From NCBI GenBank assembly GCA_044220955.1, contig JBGAQA010000089.1, positions 1 to 27,072 on the forward strand: a stretch of 27,072 bases of DNA, in the 5' to 3' direction. The position numbers and the translations under genes are program-made. The notes beneath the pieces were generated by a model. It made no database searches and had not been told where the DNA came from. It was given only the letters and a program-made list of their open reading frames with translations. Shown here one piece after another: positions 18,224 to 26,995 of this stretch (position 1 is its first letter; each line of letters begins with the position of its first letter). The DNA is from Sandaracinaceae bacterium (lineage in GTDB: Bacteria > Myxococcota_A > Polyangia > Polyangiales > Sandaracinaceae).

Positions 18224-19784
18224 GCTCGCGCCGCTGCTCGTGGCCCTTGCGAGCGCGTGCGGCGCTCCGTCGGCCGCAACGGACGCGTCCGCCGGGGGCG
18301 ACGCCGCCTGGCGTGACGCGGGCAGCGCCGGGACCGACTCCGGCGGCGGCTGCACGCCGGTCGACTTCGTGGCTGCGCTGGCCGATCCGCTCGCGCCCGC
18401 GCGCCGCCTGCCCGGCCGCGCGTTCCTCGTCAGCTCGCGCAGCCCCGAGCCGCAGCCCGGGATGCACAACGACGACTTCGCCCACTTCATCGGCTTCGAC
18501 GGCCCGCGCGCGATCCTCGCCGACGAGACGGGCCCCGGCGTGATCACGCGGCTCTGGTTCACCTACGGACCGCCCGCCGCCGGCTCGATCTCCGAGGTCC
18601 CCTTGCGCCTGGCCATCGACGGCCACGACGAGGTCGTCGACACGCGCCTCGGGGACCTCGCGAGCGCGACCTCGGCGACGTTCCCCGTGCCCTGGGCGAT
18701 GGATCCCTCGGTCGCCAGCGGGGGCCTCGTGATCACCGCGCCGATCCAGTTCCAGTCGAGCGCCGTCGTCGAGCTCACCGTCGCGGACGGCGCGTGGGCC
18801 TACTACCAGGTCGACGTGCGGCGGCTGCCGAGCGACGTCTGCGTGCGCTCCTGGGACGGCGCGTACACGCCCTCCGAGCGGGCCGCGCTCGCCGAGGCCG
18901 CGCGGATCTGGGCCGGGCACGAGCACGCGGGCGACGACCACGCCACGGCCGCGCGCGACCTCGCGCCGGGCGAGTCGACCGAGCTCGCGCTCACGGGGCC
19001 CGGCGCCATCACCACGCTCGAGGTCACGACGCCCCGCGGGACGCGGACGGAGCTCGCGCTGCGCATCGAGGTCGACGGCGAGGTCGCCGCCGACGCGCCG
19101 CTCGCGTGGCTCACCGGCAGCGACGGACCCGCGGGCACGTACGCCGCTGCGCTCACCGCATCGAGCGACGCGAGCGCCATCCTCTACGCGCCGATCCCGT
19201 TCGATTCCGCGGCGCGCGTGCTCGTCACGAACGGCGCGGGCGCTCCGATCCCGGTCGGGCTCCGGGCGCGCGCTCTGTCGGTGTCTGCCGTCCCCGCCGA
19301 TGTCGGCCGCTTCCACGCGGAGTGCAGCCGCGTCGTCGCATCGCTCCCGATCCGCGCGGAGCAGCCGCCCTTCGCGGACCAGTTCCCCAACATCGTCCTC
19401 GGACGCACCGTGCGCGGCCCGGGGCAATTCGCCGGCATCACGACGTTCCAGACGGCGCCGGATCCCTGGTACTGGCCGCTCGAGCCGGACCACGAGGTGG
19501 CGATCGACGGGAGCTACGACATCCTCGGCACGGGCACCGAGGACTACTTCGGCGGCGCCTTCTACTTCATGAACGGGCCCTACGCGTCGGTCACGAGCGG
19601 CGCGAGCGGCTGGACGCGCCCGACGGATCCCACGCCGCCGATCGGCGACGCGCACACGCACCTGTACCGCCACCACCTCGTCGACACCTGGCCCTTCGAA
19701 CGCGAGCTGCGCTTCGAGATGGAGAGCTACCTCGACGGCACGGCGTACGAGGGGTGCATCTTCGTCTACGAATTCGGGCGCTGA
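18216..19784 (+). CDS. DUF2961 / glycoside hydrolase family 172 lipoprotein
   Basis: Lipobox LASAC; GPGVITRLWFT and a second GPGAIT unit; GRFHA; LEPD and GTGTEDYFGGAFYF; YRHHLVD..PF...LRF. Confidence 0.82.
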   Translation: MRRLAPLLVALASACGAPSAATDASAGGDAAWRDAGSAGTDSGGGCTPVDFVAALADPLAPARRLPGRAFLVSSRSPEPQPGMHNDDFAHFIGFDGPRAILADETGPGVITRLWFTYGPPAAGSISEVPLRLAIDGHDEVVDTRLGDLASATSATFPVPWAMDPSVASGGLVITAPIQFQSSAVVELTVADGAWAYYQVDVRRLPSDVCVRSWDGAYTPSERAALAEAARIWAGHEHAGDDHATAARDLAPGESTELALTGPGAITTLEVTTPRGTRTELALRIEVDGEVAADAPLAWLTGSDGPAGTYAAALTASSDASAILYAPIPFDSAARVLVTNGAGAPIPVGLRARALSVSAVPADVGRFHAECSRVVASLPIRAEQPPFADQFPNIVLGRTVRGPGQFAGITTFQTAPDPWYWPLEPDHEVAIDGSYDILGTGTEDYFGGAFYFMNGPYASVTSGASGWTRPTDPTPPIGDAHTHLYRHHLVDTWPFERELRFEMESYLDGTAYEGCIFVYEFGR

Positions 19785-19804
19785 GGTCGGCCCCAGCCTC
19801 GTCG

Positions 19805-20518
19805 CTACTTCTTGGGCTCCAGCCGGAGCTTCCACACGACGCCCACGGCCTCCATGAAGATGCGCTGGCTCATCTTGCTCGTGCCGTGCGTGCGGTCGAC
19901 GAAGTGGATCGGCACCTCGACGACCTTGAAGCCCTTCTGGAGCGCGCGGTACGTGAGCTCGATCTGGAACGAATAGCCGTTGCTCTGCACGGTGCTCAGA
20001 TCGATCGCGCGCAGCACGTCGGCGCGGAACGCCTTGTAGCCGCTCGTCAGATCCTTCACGTCCACGCCGAGGATCGTGCGCGAGTAGAGGCTCCCGCCCT
20101 TGCTCACGAAGTGCCGGCCGATGCCCCAGCCCGTGACGCCGCCGCCGGGCACGTTGCGCGAGCCGATCACGAGGTCCGCCCCGCGCTGGAACGCCTTCAG
20201 GAACGACGGCAGGTACATCGGGTCGTGCGAGAGGTCGGCGTCCATCTCGAAGAAGAGGTCGTAGCCCTCGCCCAGCCCCTTCTGGAAGGCCTGCACGTAC
20301 GCGGTGCCGAGGCCCATCTTGCCCGGGCGGTGCATCACGCGGACGCGCGGGTCGGCGGCCGCCATGCGGTCGGCGATGTCGCCGGTTCCGTCGGGGGAGG
20401 CGTCGTCCACGATCATCACGTGGGCCTCCGGCATCCACCGGAGCACTCCTTCGACGAACCGCTCGAGGTTGCCCGACTCGTTGTACGTGGGCGTGACGAC
20501 CAGGATCCGCTGCGCCAT
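19805..20518 (-). CDS. Polyprenol-monophosphomannose synthase-like GT2 glycosyltransferase (Ppm1/DPM1-like)
   Basis: PTYNE, VDDASPDGTG, GLGTAY, EMDADLSHDP, IGSR, DLTSGYKAFR, GYSFQIE and F.DR..G.SKMS. Confidence 0.93.
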   Translation of the reverse strand: MAQRILVVTPTYNESGNLERFVEGVLRWMPEAHVMIVDDASPDGTGDIADRMAAADPRVRVMHRPGKMGLGTAYVQAFQKGLGEGYDLFFEMDADLSHDPMYLPSFLKAFQRGADLVIGSRNVPGGGVTGWGIGRHFVSKGGSLYSRTILGVDVKDLTSGYKAFRADVLRAIDLSTVQSNGYSFQIELTYRALQKGFKVVEVPIHFVDRTHGTSKMSQRIFMEAVGVVWKLRLEPKK

Positions 20519-20562
20519 GGGGCGGCGACATTAGCAGGAAGAATCGGACGTGTTCGACCCGG

Positions 20563-20646
20563 GAGGAAGCCTGGGCCGAGCGCGCGATGGACCGCGATCG
20601 CCGCACCGATGATGGGTCCCGTGAGGTGCTCGTCTTCGAGGGTCAT
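20563..20646 (-). pseudogene. N-terminal remnant of a GxxExxY (PD-(D/E)XK-like) protein
   Basis: MTLEDEHLTGPIIGAAIAVHRALGPGFL resembles the conserved GxxExxY N-terminus (IIGAAIxVHRxLGPGxLESxY). The match breaks off just before the ExxY part. Confidence 0.75.
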
Positions 20647-20851
20647 GCGGCCGAGGACGCGGCTGCGAGCACGGACTGACGCAGGGTCCTCGAGGGCACC
20701 GCCTCGGGTACGGTCGAAAGGGGGCAAGGAGCCCGCTCCGGACGGTCAATTGCTGAGGAAAGCACGAATGCAGGAAGGGGCTCCTCGCTTCCTGAGCAAC
20801 CGGCCGCCAGTTCTTGGCTCCCTGCCCCCGCCGGGCTACACCAGCCCGCCG

Positions 20852-21796
20852 ATGCACCCGGAGGGCAGCCTTTCCGTGGAGACGAGCGTCCGGGCGGCCT
20901 GCACGCTCTGCGGCGAGTCGCGCACGCGCCAGGTCTTCGAGGACGCCCTGCCGTGGGTCGTCGAGTGCACCGCCTGTGGCCTGCGCCGCGCCGATCCGCA
21001 GCCGACCGACGCCGAGCTCTCGAGCATCTACGACGAGCACTACTACGAGCAGTTCGGCTTCGTGGAGGGCGAGCACACGGCCGATCAGGGCCTGGCGCGC
21101 ACCAAGCGCGCGACCTACGCGTCGCTCCTGGCCTCGGCGCGCCCGCACTTCGGCCTGACCGGGGGCAAGCGCCTGCTCGACGTCGGGTGCGGCCTCGGCT
21201 TCTCGCTGCTGGCCGCCCGGGACGCGGGATTCGACGCCGTCGGCCTCGATCCGCTCGCGCCCAGCGATCCCGCCGCGCGCCCGGGGCGCACGATCCTGCG
21301 CGGCTCGATCGAGACGTTCGAGGGCGCGGCCGACTTCGACGTGGTCTCGATGGTCGACGTCATCGAGCACGTGCGCGATCCCGTCGCGACCTTCCGCGCG
21401 GTCGATCGCCTGCTCGTCCCGCGTGGCCTGGTCATCTGCGCGACCAACGACTGCTCCTCGCGGGGTGCGCAGCTGCTCGGCAGTCGCTGGGTGCACTACC
21501 ACCGCGCGCACCTCTACTTCTTCACGGCGGACACGCTCGCCAAGACCGCCGAGGCGGCCGGCCTCGAGGTGCTCGGCGTCGACGTCGCGCGGCGCGTCTA
21601 CAACCTCGAGTACGTCGCCTCCATCCTCGCGCGCGGCACGAACTTCGAGCTCGCCGCGCGCATCTCGCGGGGGGTGCTCGGCCGCGTCCCGGGCCCGCTC
21701 CTGCGCGCGCCCTGGCCCGCCCTGCCCGAGGGGATCGTGCTCGTGGCGCGCTCCAAGAGCCGGTCCGCCTCGACGTCGGCCTCGCGCGGGCGATGA
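20852..21796 (+). CDS. Class I SAM-dependent methyltransferase with an N-terminal Zn-binding CxxC...CxxC
   Basis: CTLC...CTAC; LLDVGCGLG; FDVVSMVDVIEHVRDP; HLYFFT. The real start is near ATG 20852, and the track's 18794 start is an upstream extension. Confidence 0.9.
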   Translation: MHPEGSLSVETSVRAACTLCGESRTRQVFEDALPWVVECTACGLRRADPQPTDAELSSIYDEHYYEQFGFVEGEHTADQGLARTKRATYASLLASARPHFGLTGGKRLLDVGCGLGFSLLAARDAGFDAVGLDPLAPSDPAARPGRTILRGSIETFEGAADFDVVSMVDVIEHVRDPVATFRAVDRLLVPRGLVICATNDCSSRGAQLLGSRWVHYHRAHLYFFTADTLAKTAEAAGLEVLGVDVARRVYNLEYVASILARGTNFELAARISRGVLGRVPGPLLRAPWPALPEGIVLVARSKSRSASTSASRGR

Positions 21797-23556
21797 AGCT
21801 CGCGCCCTCACGCGCCACGATCGGGCTCGCCGTCGGCGCGCTCTTCGTGGCCTTCGCGTACTGGGCGCCCGCGTTCGAGCACCCGATGGCGAGCGGGTGG
21901 GGCGACTGGCAGTGGTTCCATCACATGTGGGAGTCGGGCCGCATCGCCATCGAGCGCTGGCACGAGGTCCCGCTCTTCGATCCGCACCACTGCGGTGGCG
22001 TCCCGCTCTGGGGCAACCCGCAGGCGCAGGTGTTCTCGCCCACCTACCTGATGTTCGTGCTGCCCTTCGGCACGACGATCGGCCACAAGCTCTACGTCGT
22101 CTTCCACGCCGCGATCGGCATCGCGGGCGCGTACCTGTACGCGCGTCGCGAGCTGCGCCTCTTGGAGATCGCCAGCGCGTTCGCCGCGATCGTCTTCACC
22201 ACGACCGGCTTCTTCGCGTGGCACGGGGCGGGCGGCCACGCGACGTTCCTCGCCTTCTACTACGGCCCCTTCCTGATGCTCTCTTGGCGGCGCTCGGCGC
22301 GCGACTACCGCTACGCGGCGGCCGTGGCGCTGATCATGTCGCTCGTCGTCTTCGAGGGCGGCCACTACCCGTTCCCGTACTTCCTGGTCTGGATGACGTT
22401 CGACCTCGCGCTGCGCCTCACCGTCCGCGGCCACGGCCGGGGCCGGGCGATCGCGAGCGCGCTCCTGGCCGGCGTGCTGACGGGGCTGGTCGCGTGCATG
22501 CGCGTCGTGCCCATCCTCATCACGATCCTGGCGCATCCCCACCCGGTCCCCGACACGGACTCGATGACGCTCGCCGAGATCCTGCAGATCCTCACGCAGC
22601 GGGACCAGACGCAGATGCACTTCGCCGGGCACCAGTGGGTGTGGCCGGAGTACGGCGGCTACGTGGGCTACGGGGCGCTCGCGCTCGCGGCCCTCGGCCT
22701 CCTCGTCGCCACCGCCGACACGCTGCGCCTGCGCCCGAGCCGCCCCCGGGTGGAGCTCGCCGTCCTCGTGCTCGGCGCGATCCTGTTCACCACGATGACG
22801 CAGGGCAACGCGGGCGAGCACTACCCGTGGCCCATGCTCCAGGAGCTGCCGTTCTACCGCTCCATCCACGTGCCCTCGCGCTGGCGCGTGATGGTGATCT
22901 GGCACGTGGCGATGTTCGGGGCGCTCGCGGTCGACGCCCTCGAGCGCACGACGCGCGAGCTCGACCTGCGGCGCCCCTTCCAGCGCTTCGCGGCCGCGCT
23001 GCCCATCGTGCTGCTCCTGATGACGACGGCGGACGTCTGGTCGGTGACCTGGACCATCGTGGACCGCTGGGACGGCCCGCGCCTCGGCGAGGCCCCCGCG
23101 GCGCACCGCTTCCACCTCGTGTCGGGGCGCGACTACTTCGGCGAGTACGCGAACTACCCGTCCGAGAACGTCGGCACGCACGAGTGCTACGACCCCATCC
23201 CCTGGGACGTGTCGCGGGCGCTCTGGCTCGGTGACTCGCCCTTCGCGCGGATCGCCCCGGGCGGCAGCGGCGAGGTCCACGACGCCGGCCGCACGAGCCT
23301 CACCGTCTGGGCCGACGTCACCCTGGACGCGCCCGGCCGGGTCGTGTTCGACCAGAACTACTTCGAGGAGTTCGTGCCGGATCGGGGCGCGAGGGCCGAC
23401 GACGCGGGCCGGCTGGCGGTGGACCTGCCGGCGGGCCGGCAGCGCGTCACGCTGCGCTTCCGGCCGCCGGAGCTGCCCTACGTGGTGCCCGTCTCGCTCG
23501 GGGGGCTCCTGCTCGCGGCGTACGTGGCTACAAGGCGCCGTTGGAGACGCGGTTGA
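21793..23556 (+). CDS. Multi-pass membrane protein, YfhO/GT-C-like glycosyltransferase candidate
   Basis: ATGA overlap with the methyltransferase. N-terminal TM followed by GDW...PLFDPHHCGGVPLWGNPQ...SP, about 12 TM segments, YVG and PSRW motifs, and a C-terminal beta-domain (LPAGRQRVTLRFRP) plus final TM, as in YfhO-like proteins. Confidence 0.72.
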   Translation: MKLAPSRATIGLAVGALFVAFAYWAPAFEHPMASGWGDWQWFHHMWESGRIAIERWHEVPLFDPHHCGGVPLWGNPQAQVFSPTYLMFVLPFGTTIGHKLYVVFHAAIGIAGAYLYARRELRLLEIASAFAAIVFTTTGFFAWHGAGGHATFLAFYYGPFLMLSWRRSARDYRYAAAVALIMSLVVFEGGHYPFPYFLVWMTFDLALRLTVRGHGRGRAIASALLAGVLTGLVACMRVVPILITILAHPHPVPDTDSMTLAEILQILTQRDQTQMHFAGHQWVWPEYGGYVGYGALALAALGLLVATADTLRLRPSRPRVELAVLVLGAILFTTMTQGNAGEHYPWPMLQELPFYRSIHVPSRWRVMVIWHVAMFGALAVDALERTTRELDLRRPFQRFAAALPIVLLLMTTADVWSVTWTIVDRWDGPRLGEAPAAHRFHLVSGRDYFGEYANYPSENVGTHECYDPIPWDVSRALWLGDSPFARIAPGGSGEVHDAGRTSLTVWADVTLDAPGRVVFDQNYFEEFVPDRGARADDAGRLAVDLPAGRQRVTLRFRPPELPYVVPVSLGGLLLAAYVATRRRWRRG

Positions 23557-23573
23557 TCGAGTACAATCGACTC

Positions 23574-24800
23574 ATGCCGTCGATCTCGCTCTCCCTTCGC
23601 GTGTCCGCCGTTCTGGCCCTGACCCTCGCCCTCGCCAGCTGCAACGCCGGTGGCGGCGGCTCCACGTGCACCGTCACCCTGAGCCCCGGCGCCGACGACC
23701 AGATCGCCTTCCAGATGGCGTTCGTCGACGCCCGCGCCGGCGCGACGATCTGCGTCTCGCCCGGCACCTACCACTTCTCGGACCCGGTCTCGCTCGCGGG
23801 CCTCACCGGCGTCACGTTCCGCGGCACCGGCGCGGCGCCCGCCGACGTGACCCTCGACTTCGCAGGCATGACGAGCGGCGAGCGCGGCGTGAGCTTCACC
23901 GACATGACCGACGTCACCGTCGAGAACATGCGCATCCTCGACGCCACGCACGACGATCTCTACTTCCAGCACTGCCACGGCGTCACCGTCCGCCACGTGA
24001 TCGCCGGCTGGGTGAACCGCGCGCAGCACGGCGCGTACGCCATCTACCCGGTCGAGTCGGAGGACGTGCTGCTCGACCAGTGCGAGGCGTTCGGCAGCGC
24101 GGACGCGGGGCTCTACGTCGGCCAGACCACGAACTGCATCGTGTCGAACAGCAGCGTGCACGACAACGTCGCCGGGCTCGAGATCGAGAACAGCACGAAC
24201 TGCGAGGTCGTCGGCAACACGACCTTCCACAACACCGCCGGCATCCTCGTCTTCGAGCTCCCCGGCCTGCTCAACCACGGCAGCCACACGAGCGTCCACG
24301 ACAACATCTCGATGGACAACAACCTCGCCAACTTCGCGACCGGCGGCGTCGTGCAGTACGTCCCCGTGGGCCTCGGCATGATGATCATGGCCGCCCACGA
24401 GGTCGAGATCTACGACAACACGGTCTCCGGCAACGGCACCGTCGGCATCATGCTGCTCTCGTACGACACCGCCGTCGTCGCCGGCGCGCCGAGGTCCACC
24501 GACGCCGCGTACGACGGGCGCCTGCGCCACGCGTACGTGCACGACAACGTCCAGTCGGGGAACTCGCACGCGCCGGACGGCGCCGTCGGCCCGCTCGCGC
24601 AGCTCGACGGCACCGTCGAGGTCGACGTGATGTGGGACATGGTCGTCCCGACCGACAACGTTGCGCCGCAGATCTGCGTCGCGACCTCCGGCCACTTCCG
24701 CGCGGTCGACCAGCCGCACGGCTTCGCGACAGTCAGCGACGTGATCCCGGCCGAAGCCGCCGCCTGCATGGCGCCGATCGTCCCGCCCGTGATGCTGTGA
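23574..24800 (+). CDS. Parallel beta-helix repeat lipoprotein (TIGR03805-like)
   Basis: Lipobox LALASC; GAYAIYPV, GSADAGLYVGQ, NVAGLEIENS, NTAGILVFELPGL and NFATGG...VP.G.G. Start ATG at 23574. Confidence 0.87.
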   Translation: MPSISLSLRVSAVLALTLALASCNAGGGGSTCTVTLSPGADDQIAFQMAFVDARAGATICVSPGTYHFSDPVSLAGLTGVTFRGTGAAPADVTLDFAGMTSGERGVSFTDMTDVTVENMRILDATHDDLYFQHCHGVTVRHVIAGWVNRAQHGAYAIYPVESEDVLLDQCEAFGSADAGLYVGQTTNCIVSNSSVHDNVAGLEIENSTNCEVVGNTTFHNTAGILVFELPGLLNHGSHTSVHDNISMDNNLANFATGGVVQYVPVGLGMMIMAAHEVEIYDNTVSGNGTVGIMLLSYDTAVVAGAPRSTDAAYDGRLRHAYVHDNVQSGNSHAPDGAVGPLAQLDGTVEVDVMWDMVVPTDNVAPQICVATSGHFRAVDQPHGFATVSDVIPAEAAACMAPIVPPVML

Positions 24801-24803
24801 CCG

Positions 24804-25904
24804 ATGCGTGCCGCGATCGCCTGTAGCGTCCTTCTCCTGCTCGCGGTCAGCTGCGACTCCTCGCCGCCCGCGCCGCCGCCCGGTCCGCTCACGCTGAGCG
24901 AGTGGGGCCTCTTCGAGGACATGTCGCGGCAGATCCCCGCTGCGGACGTGATCCCCTACGACGTCATCGCGCCGCTGTTCTCGGACTACGCGACGAAGCA
25001 CCGCTTCCTGCGCGTGCCGGAGGGGCAGCAGGTCACGATCGACGCGAACGGAGACCTCGTGTTTCCCGAGGAGAGCGTGCTGGTCAAGACGTTCGGCTTC
25101 GTCGCCGACCTGCGCGATCCGACCTCGGCCGAGCGCCTGATCGAGACGCGCCTGCTCTGGCGCCACGGCGGCGAGTGGGTGTCCTTGATCTACGAGTACG
25201 ACGCGGACGGGCGCGAGGCGCGCCTGTGGCAGTACGGCCGCCGCGTGCCCGTGTCGTGGACCGATGCCGCGGGTGACCCCGTCTCGATCACGTACCGCGT
25301 CCCGGACGCGATCCAGTGCCGCAACTGCCACGGCGGCGCGGACCCGGTGCACCTGCTCGGCGTGCGCGTGCGCCAGCTCGACCGCATGCACGACTTCGGC
25401 GGCAGCGTCGGCACCGTCAACCAGCTCGACCACCTGGTCAGCCTGGGCATCCTCGCGTCCGCGCCAGCGCCTGCCGATCGCCACCCCCTGGTCGACCCCT
25501 TCGGCAGCGCGCCGCTCGAGGACCGCGCCCGCTCTTACATGGAGGCCAACTGCGCCAACTGCCACCGCGTCAACGGCGGCAGCGACCAGAGCGGCCTCTT
25601 GCTCGGCATCGACGTCACGGACCCGCTGCGCCTCGGCATCTGCAAGGAGCCGGCGGCCGCCGGCCACGCCGCCGGCGGGCGCCGCGTGGACGTCATGCCC
25701 GGCTACCCGGACGGCTCGGTGCTGATCTACCGCGTCGAGTCGGAGGAGCCGGGCGTGAAGATGCCCGAGCTCCCGAGCGTGCTGCACCACACCGAGGGCG
25801 CGGCTCTACTGCGCCAGTGGGTCGCCGCGATGCCCGCCGACACCTGCGGCGGCCCGCTCCCGATGGTCGACGCCGGGATGCGCGCGGGCGACGCGGGACC
25901 GTGA
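24804..25904 (+). CDS. Diheme c-type cytochrome lipoprotein (SO2930/TIGR03806-like)
   Basis: Lipobox LAVSC; LSEWGLF, PLFSDYATKHRF, LVKTF and IETRLL; heme-binding motifs CRNCH and CANCH; KMPEL...H.EG. Confidence 0.87.
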   Translation: MRAAIACSVLLLLAVSCDSSPPAPPPGPLTLSEWGLFEDMSRQIPAADVIPYDVIAPLFSDYATKHRFLRVPEGQQVTIDANGDLVFPEESVLVKTFGFVADLRDPTSAERLIETRLLWRHGGEWVSLIYEYDADGREARLWQYGRRVPVSWTDAAGDPVSITYRVPDAIQCRNCHGGADPVHLLGVRVRQLDRMHDFGGSVGTVNQLDHLVSLGILASAPAPADRHPLVDPFGSAPLEDRARSYMEANCANCHRVNGGSDQSGLLLGIDVTDPLRLGICKEPAAAGHAAGGRRVDVMPGYPDGSVLIYRVESEEPGVKMPELPSVLHHTEGAALLRQWVAAMPADTCGGPLPMVDAGMRAGDAGP

Positions 25905-25911
25905 TCGAAAG

Positions 25912-25957
25912 CCCTCTGCGCGCGAGCGCGCGAGCGGGGAGAGGGTTGGGTGACGGG
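25912..25957 (-). repeat. Third, inverted copy of the CCCTCACCC...CTCTCCCC...GAGAGGG REP-like family
   Basis: The reverse complement reads cccgtcacccaaccctctccccgctcgcgcgctcgcgcgcagaggg. This is the same scaffold as 921-958, with a longer loop. Confidence 0.65.
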
Positions 25958-25979
25958 CGGTCCCACCGCTCGCCGATCG

Positions 25980-26008
25980 TTGACAGCTTCCGCGACGCGA
26001 GCTAGGTA
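25980..26008 (+). promoter_or_regulatory. Putative sigma70 promoter of tRNA-Asp
   Basis: Perfect TTGACA at 25980-25985, a 17-bp spacer, a weak -10 (TAGGTA) and a GC-rich discriminator, about 40 bp upstream of the tRNA. Confidence 0.4.
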
Positions 26009-26050
26009 CGGCGCCTCTTTCGCACCGCGAGGTGCGGAGGGGACCACCAC

Positions 26051-26124
<74 letters not shown>

Positions 26125-26131
26125 CTCTTTG

Positions 26132-26167
26132 GAGCCCAACGTTTACGAGACGTTGGGCTCTTTTTCT
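26132..26167 (+). terminator. Rho-independent terminator downstream of tRNA-Asp
   Basis: 11-bp perfect stem GAGCCCAACGT/ACGTTGGGCTC with a 7-nt loop, followed by TTTTTCT. Confidence 0.85.
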
Positions 26168-26220
26168 TCCGTCCGAGTGGGCTCACTGCCCAATAGCTGC
26201 CCAAACCGATCGCGACGCGC

Positions 26221-26613
26221 TCACCGGGCGAGCTGGCGCACGTTCCCGTGGGTGGCGCCGGATGCATAGAGGAGGCGGATGGCCTCGACGTGATGCGCCG
26301 GCGCGAGGTGCATGTACCGCATGGTCGTCGCCATGTCGGAGTGCCCCATCAGCTCCTGGATGGCCTTCGGTGCCGCACCGCGCTGGGCGAGCGTCGAACC
26401 GAACGTGTGACGAAGGACGTGCCAGCCGATCTGGCGAAGCCCCGCCCGGCGGCAGGCCGTCCTGAGCGTGACCTCGAGCTGCCCCGGGGTGAGCTCGGTG
26501 CCGTCGTCGTTGCAGAAGATGCGCTCGCCGCGAAGGTGCCGGTGCGCCTTGAGCGACGAGACCAGCCGAGCGGTCATCGGGATCTTCCGATCGCGCCCGC
26601 TCTTCGGTGACGA
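26221..26613 (-). pseudogene. Tyrosine recombinase/integrase, C-terminal fragment only
   Basis: In-frame SSPKSGRDRKIPMT...WHVLRHTFGS...IQELMGHSDMATTMRY contains the catalytic K, HxxR, H and Y. An in-frame TGA lies immediately upstream at 26616-26614, so the first catalytic Arg and the N-terminal binding domains are absent. Confidence 0.88.
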
Positions 26614-26862
26614 TCAGGCGGCACGTGCGCGAACGGCACGCGAGCGGCCCGCGTGGGTCGTCTTGGACTTGGTCGCCTTGCGCGGCCGGCGCTTCGCATC
26701 GTCGTCGAGGGAGGCCGCGATCGCATGACCGATCACCGCACCCACCGCTGCGGAGGCGACGGCCGCGATGACCTTCGCTTCCTTCTCGGAGAGCCCGAGC
26801 ACCCGCAACGTGCTCTTCACGGAGCGCGGTGTGCCGGTCGCGCGGTACCGTTCGTCGGACAT
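26614..26862 (-). CDS. Small hypothetical protein (hydrophobic segment + basic tail)
   Basis: MSDERY...VIAAVASAAVGAVIGHAIAASL...KRRPRKATKSK, with GC3-rich codons. It abuts the integrase fragment. The start is uncertain. Confidence 0.45.
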   Translation of the reverse strand: MSDERYRATGTPRSVKSTLRVLGLSEKEAKVIAAVASAAVGAVIGHAIAASLDDDAKRRPRKATKSKTTHAGRSRAVRARAA

Positions 26863-26979
26863 GGTCCGAAGGTAGCGTGCGGTCGCACGGATCGTCCACC
26901 CGAGCCCGCTCGCGCGCATCGGGCGTGGGGACAATCCTGGGGACAGTCGCCGTCTTCGGGCCGTATTTCTGCGGAAACT

Positions 26980-26995
26980 GAGCGGGGTGGACGGG
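26980..26995 (-). repeat. Inverted 16-bp copy of the tRNA-Asp 3' end (att-core-like)
   Basis: GAGCGGGGTGGACGGG is the exact reverse complement of CCCGTCCACCCCGCTC at 26112-26127. Confidence 0.88.

Noticed and set aside
18794..21796. Apparent 1000-aa methyltransferase fusion (similarly the long 5' extensions of 2554..4584, 4286..5581, 9600..11243, 12808..14730 and 20953..23556)
   Set aside because: The extensions overlap other genes and read as non-coding. The real starts are downstream, usually at stop/start overlaps or signal peptides.
26221..26577. Functional stand-alone integrase or intact prophage
   Set aside because: It lacks the N-terminal domains and the first catalytic Arg, and no phage or conjugation genes are in the window.
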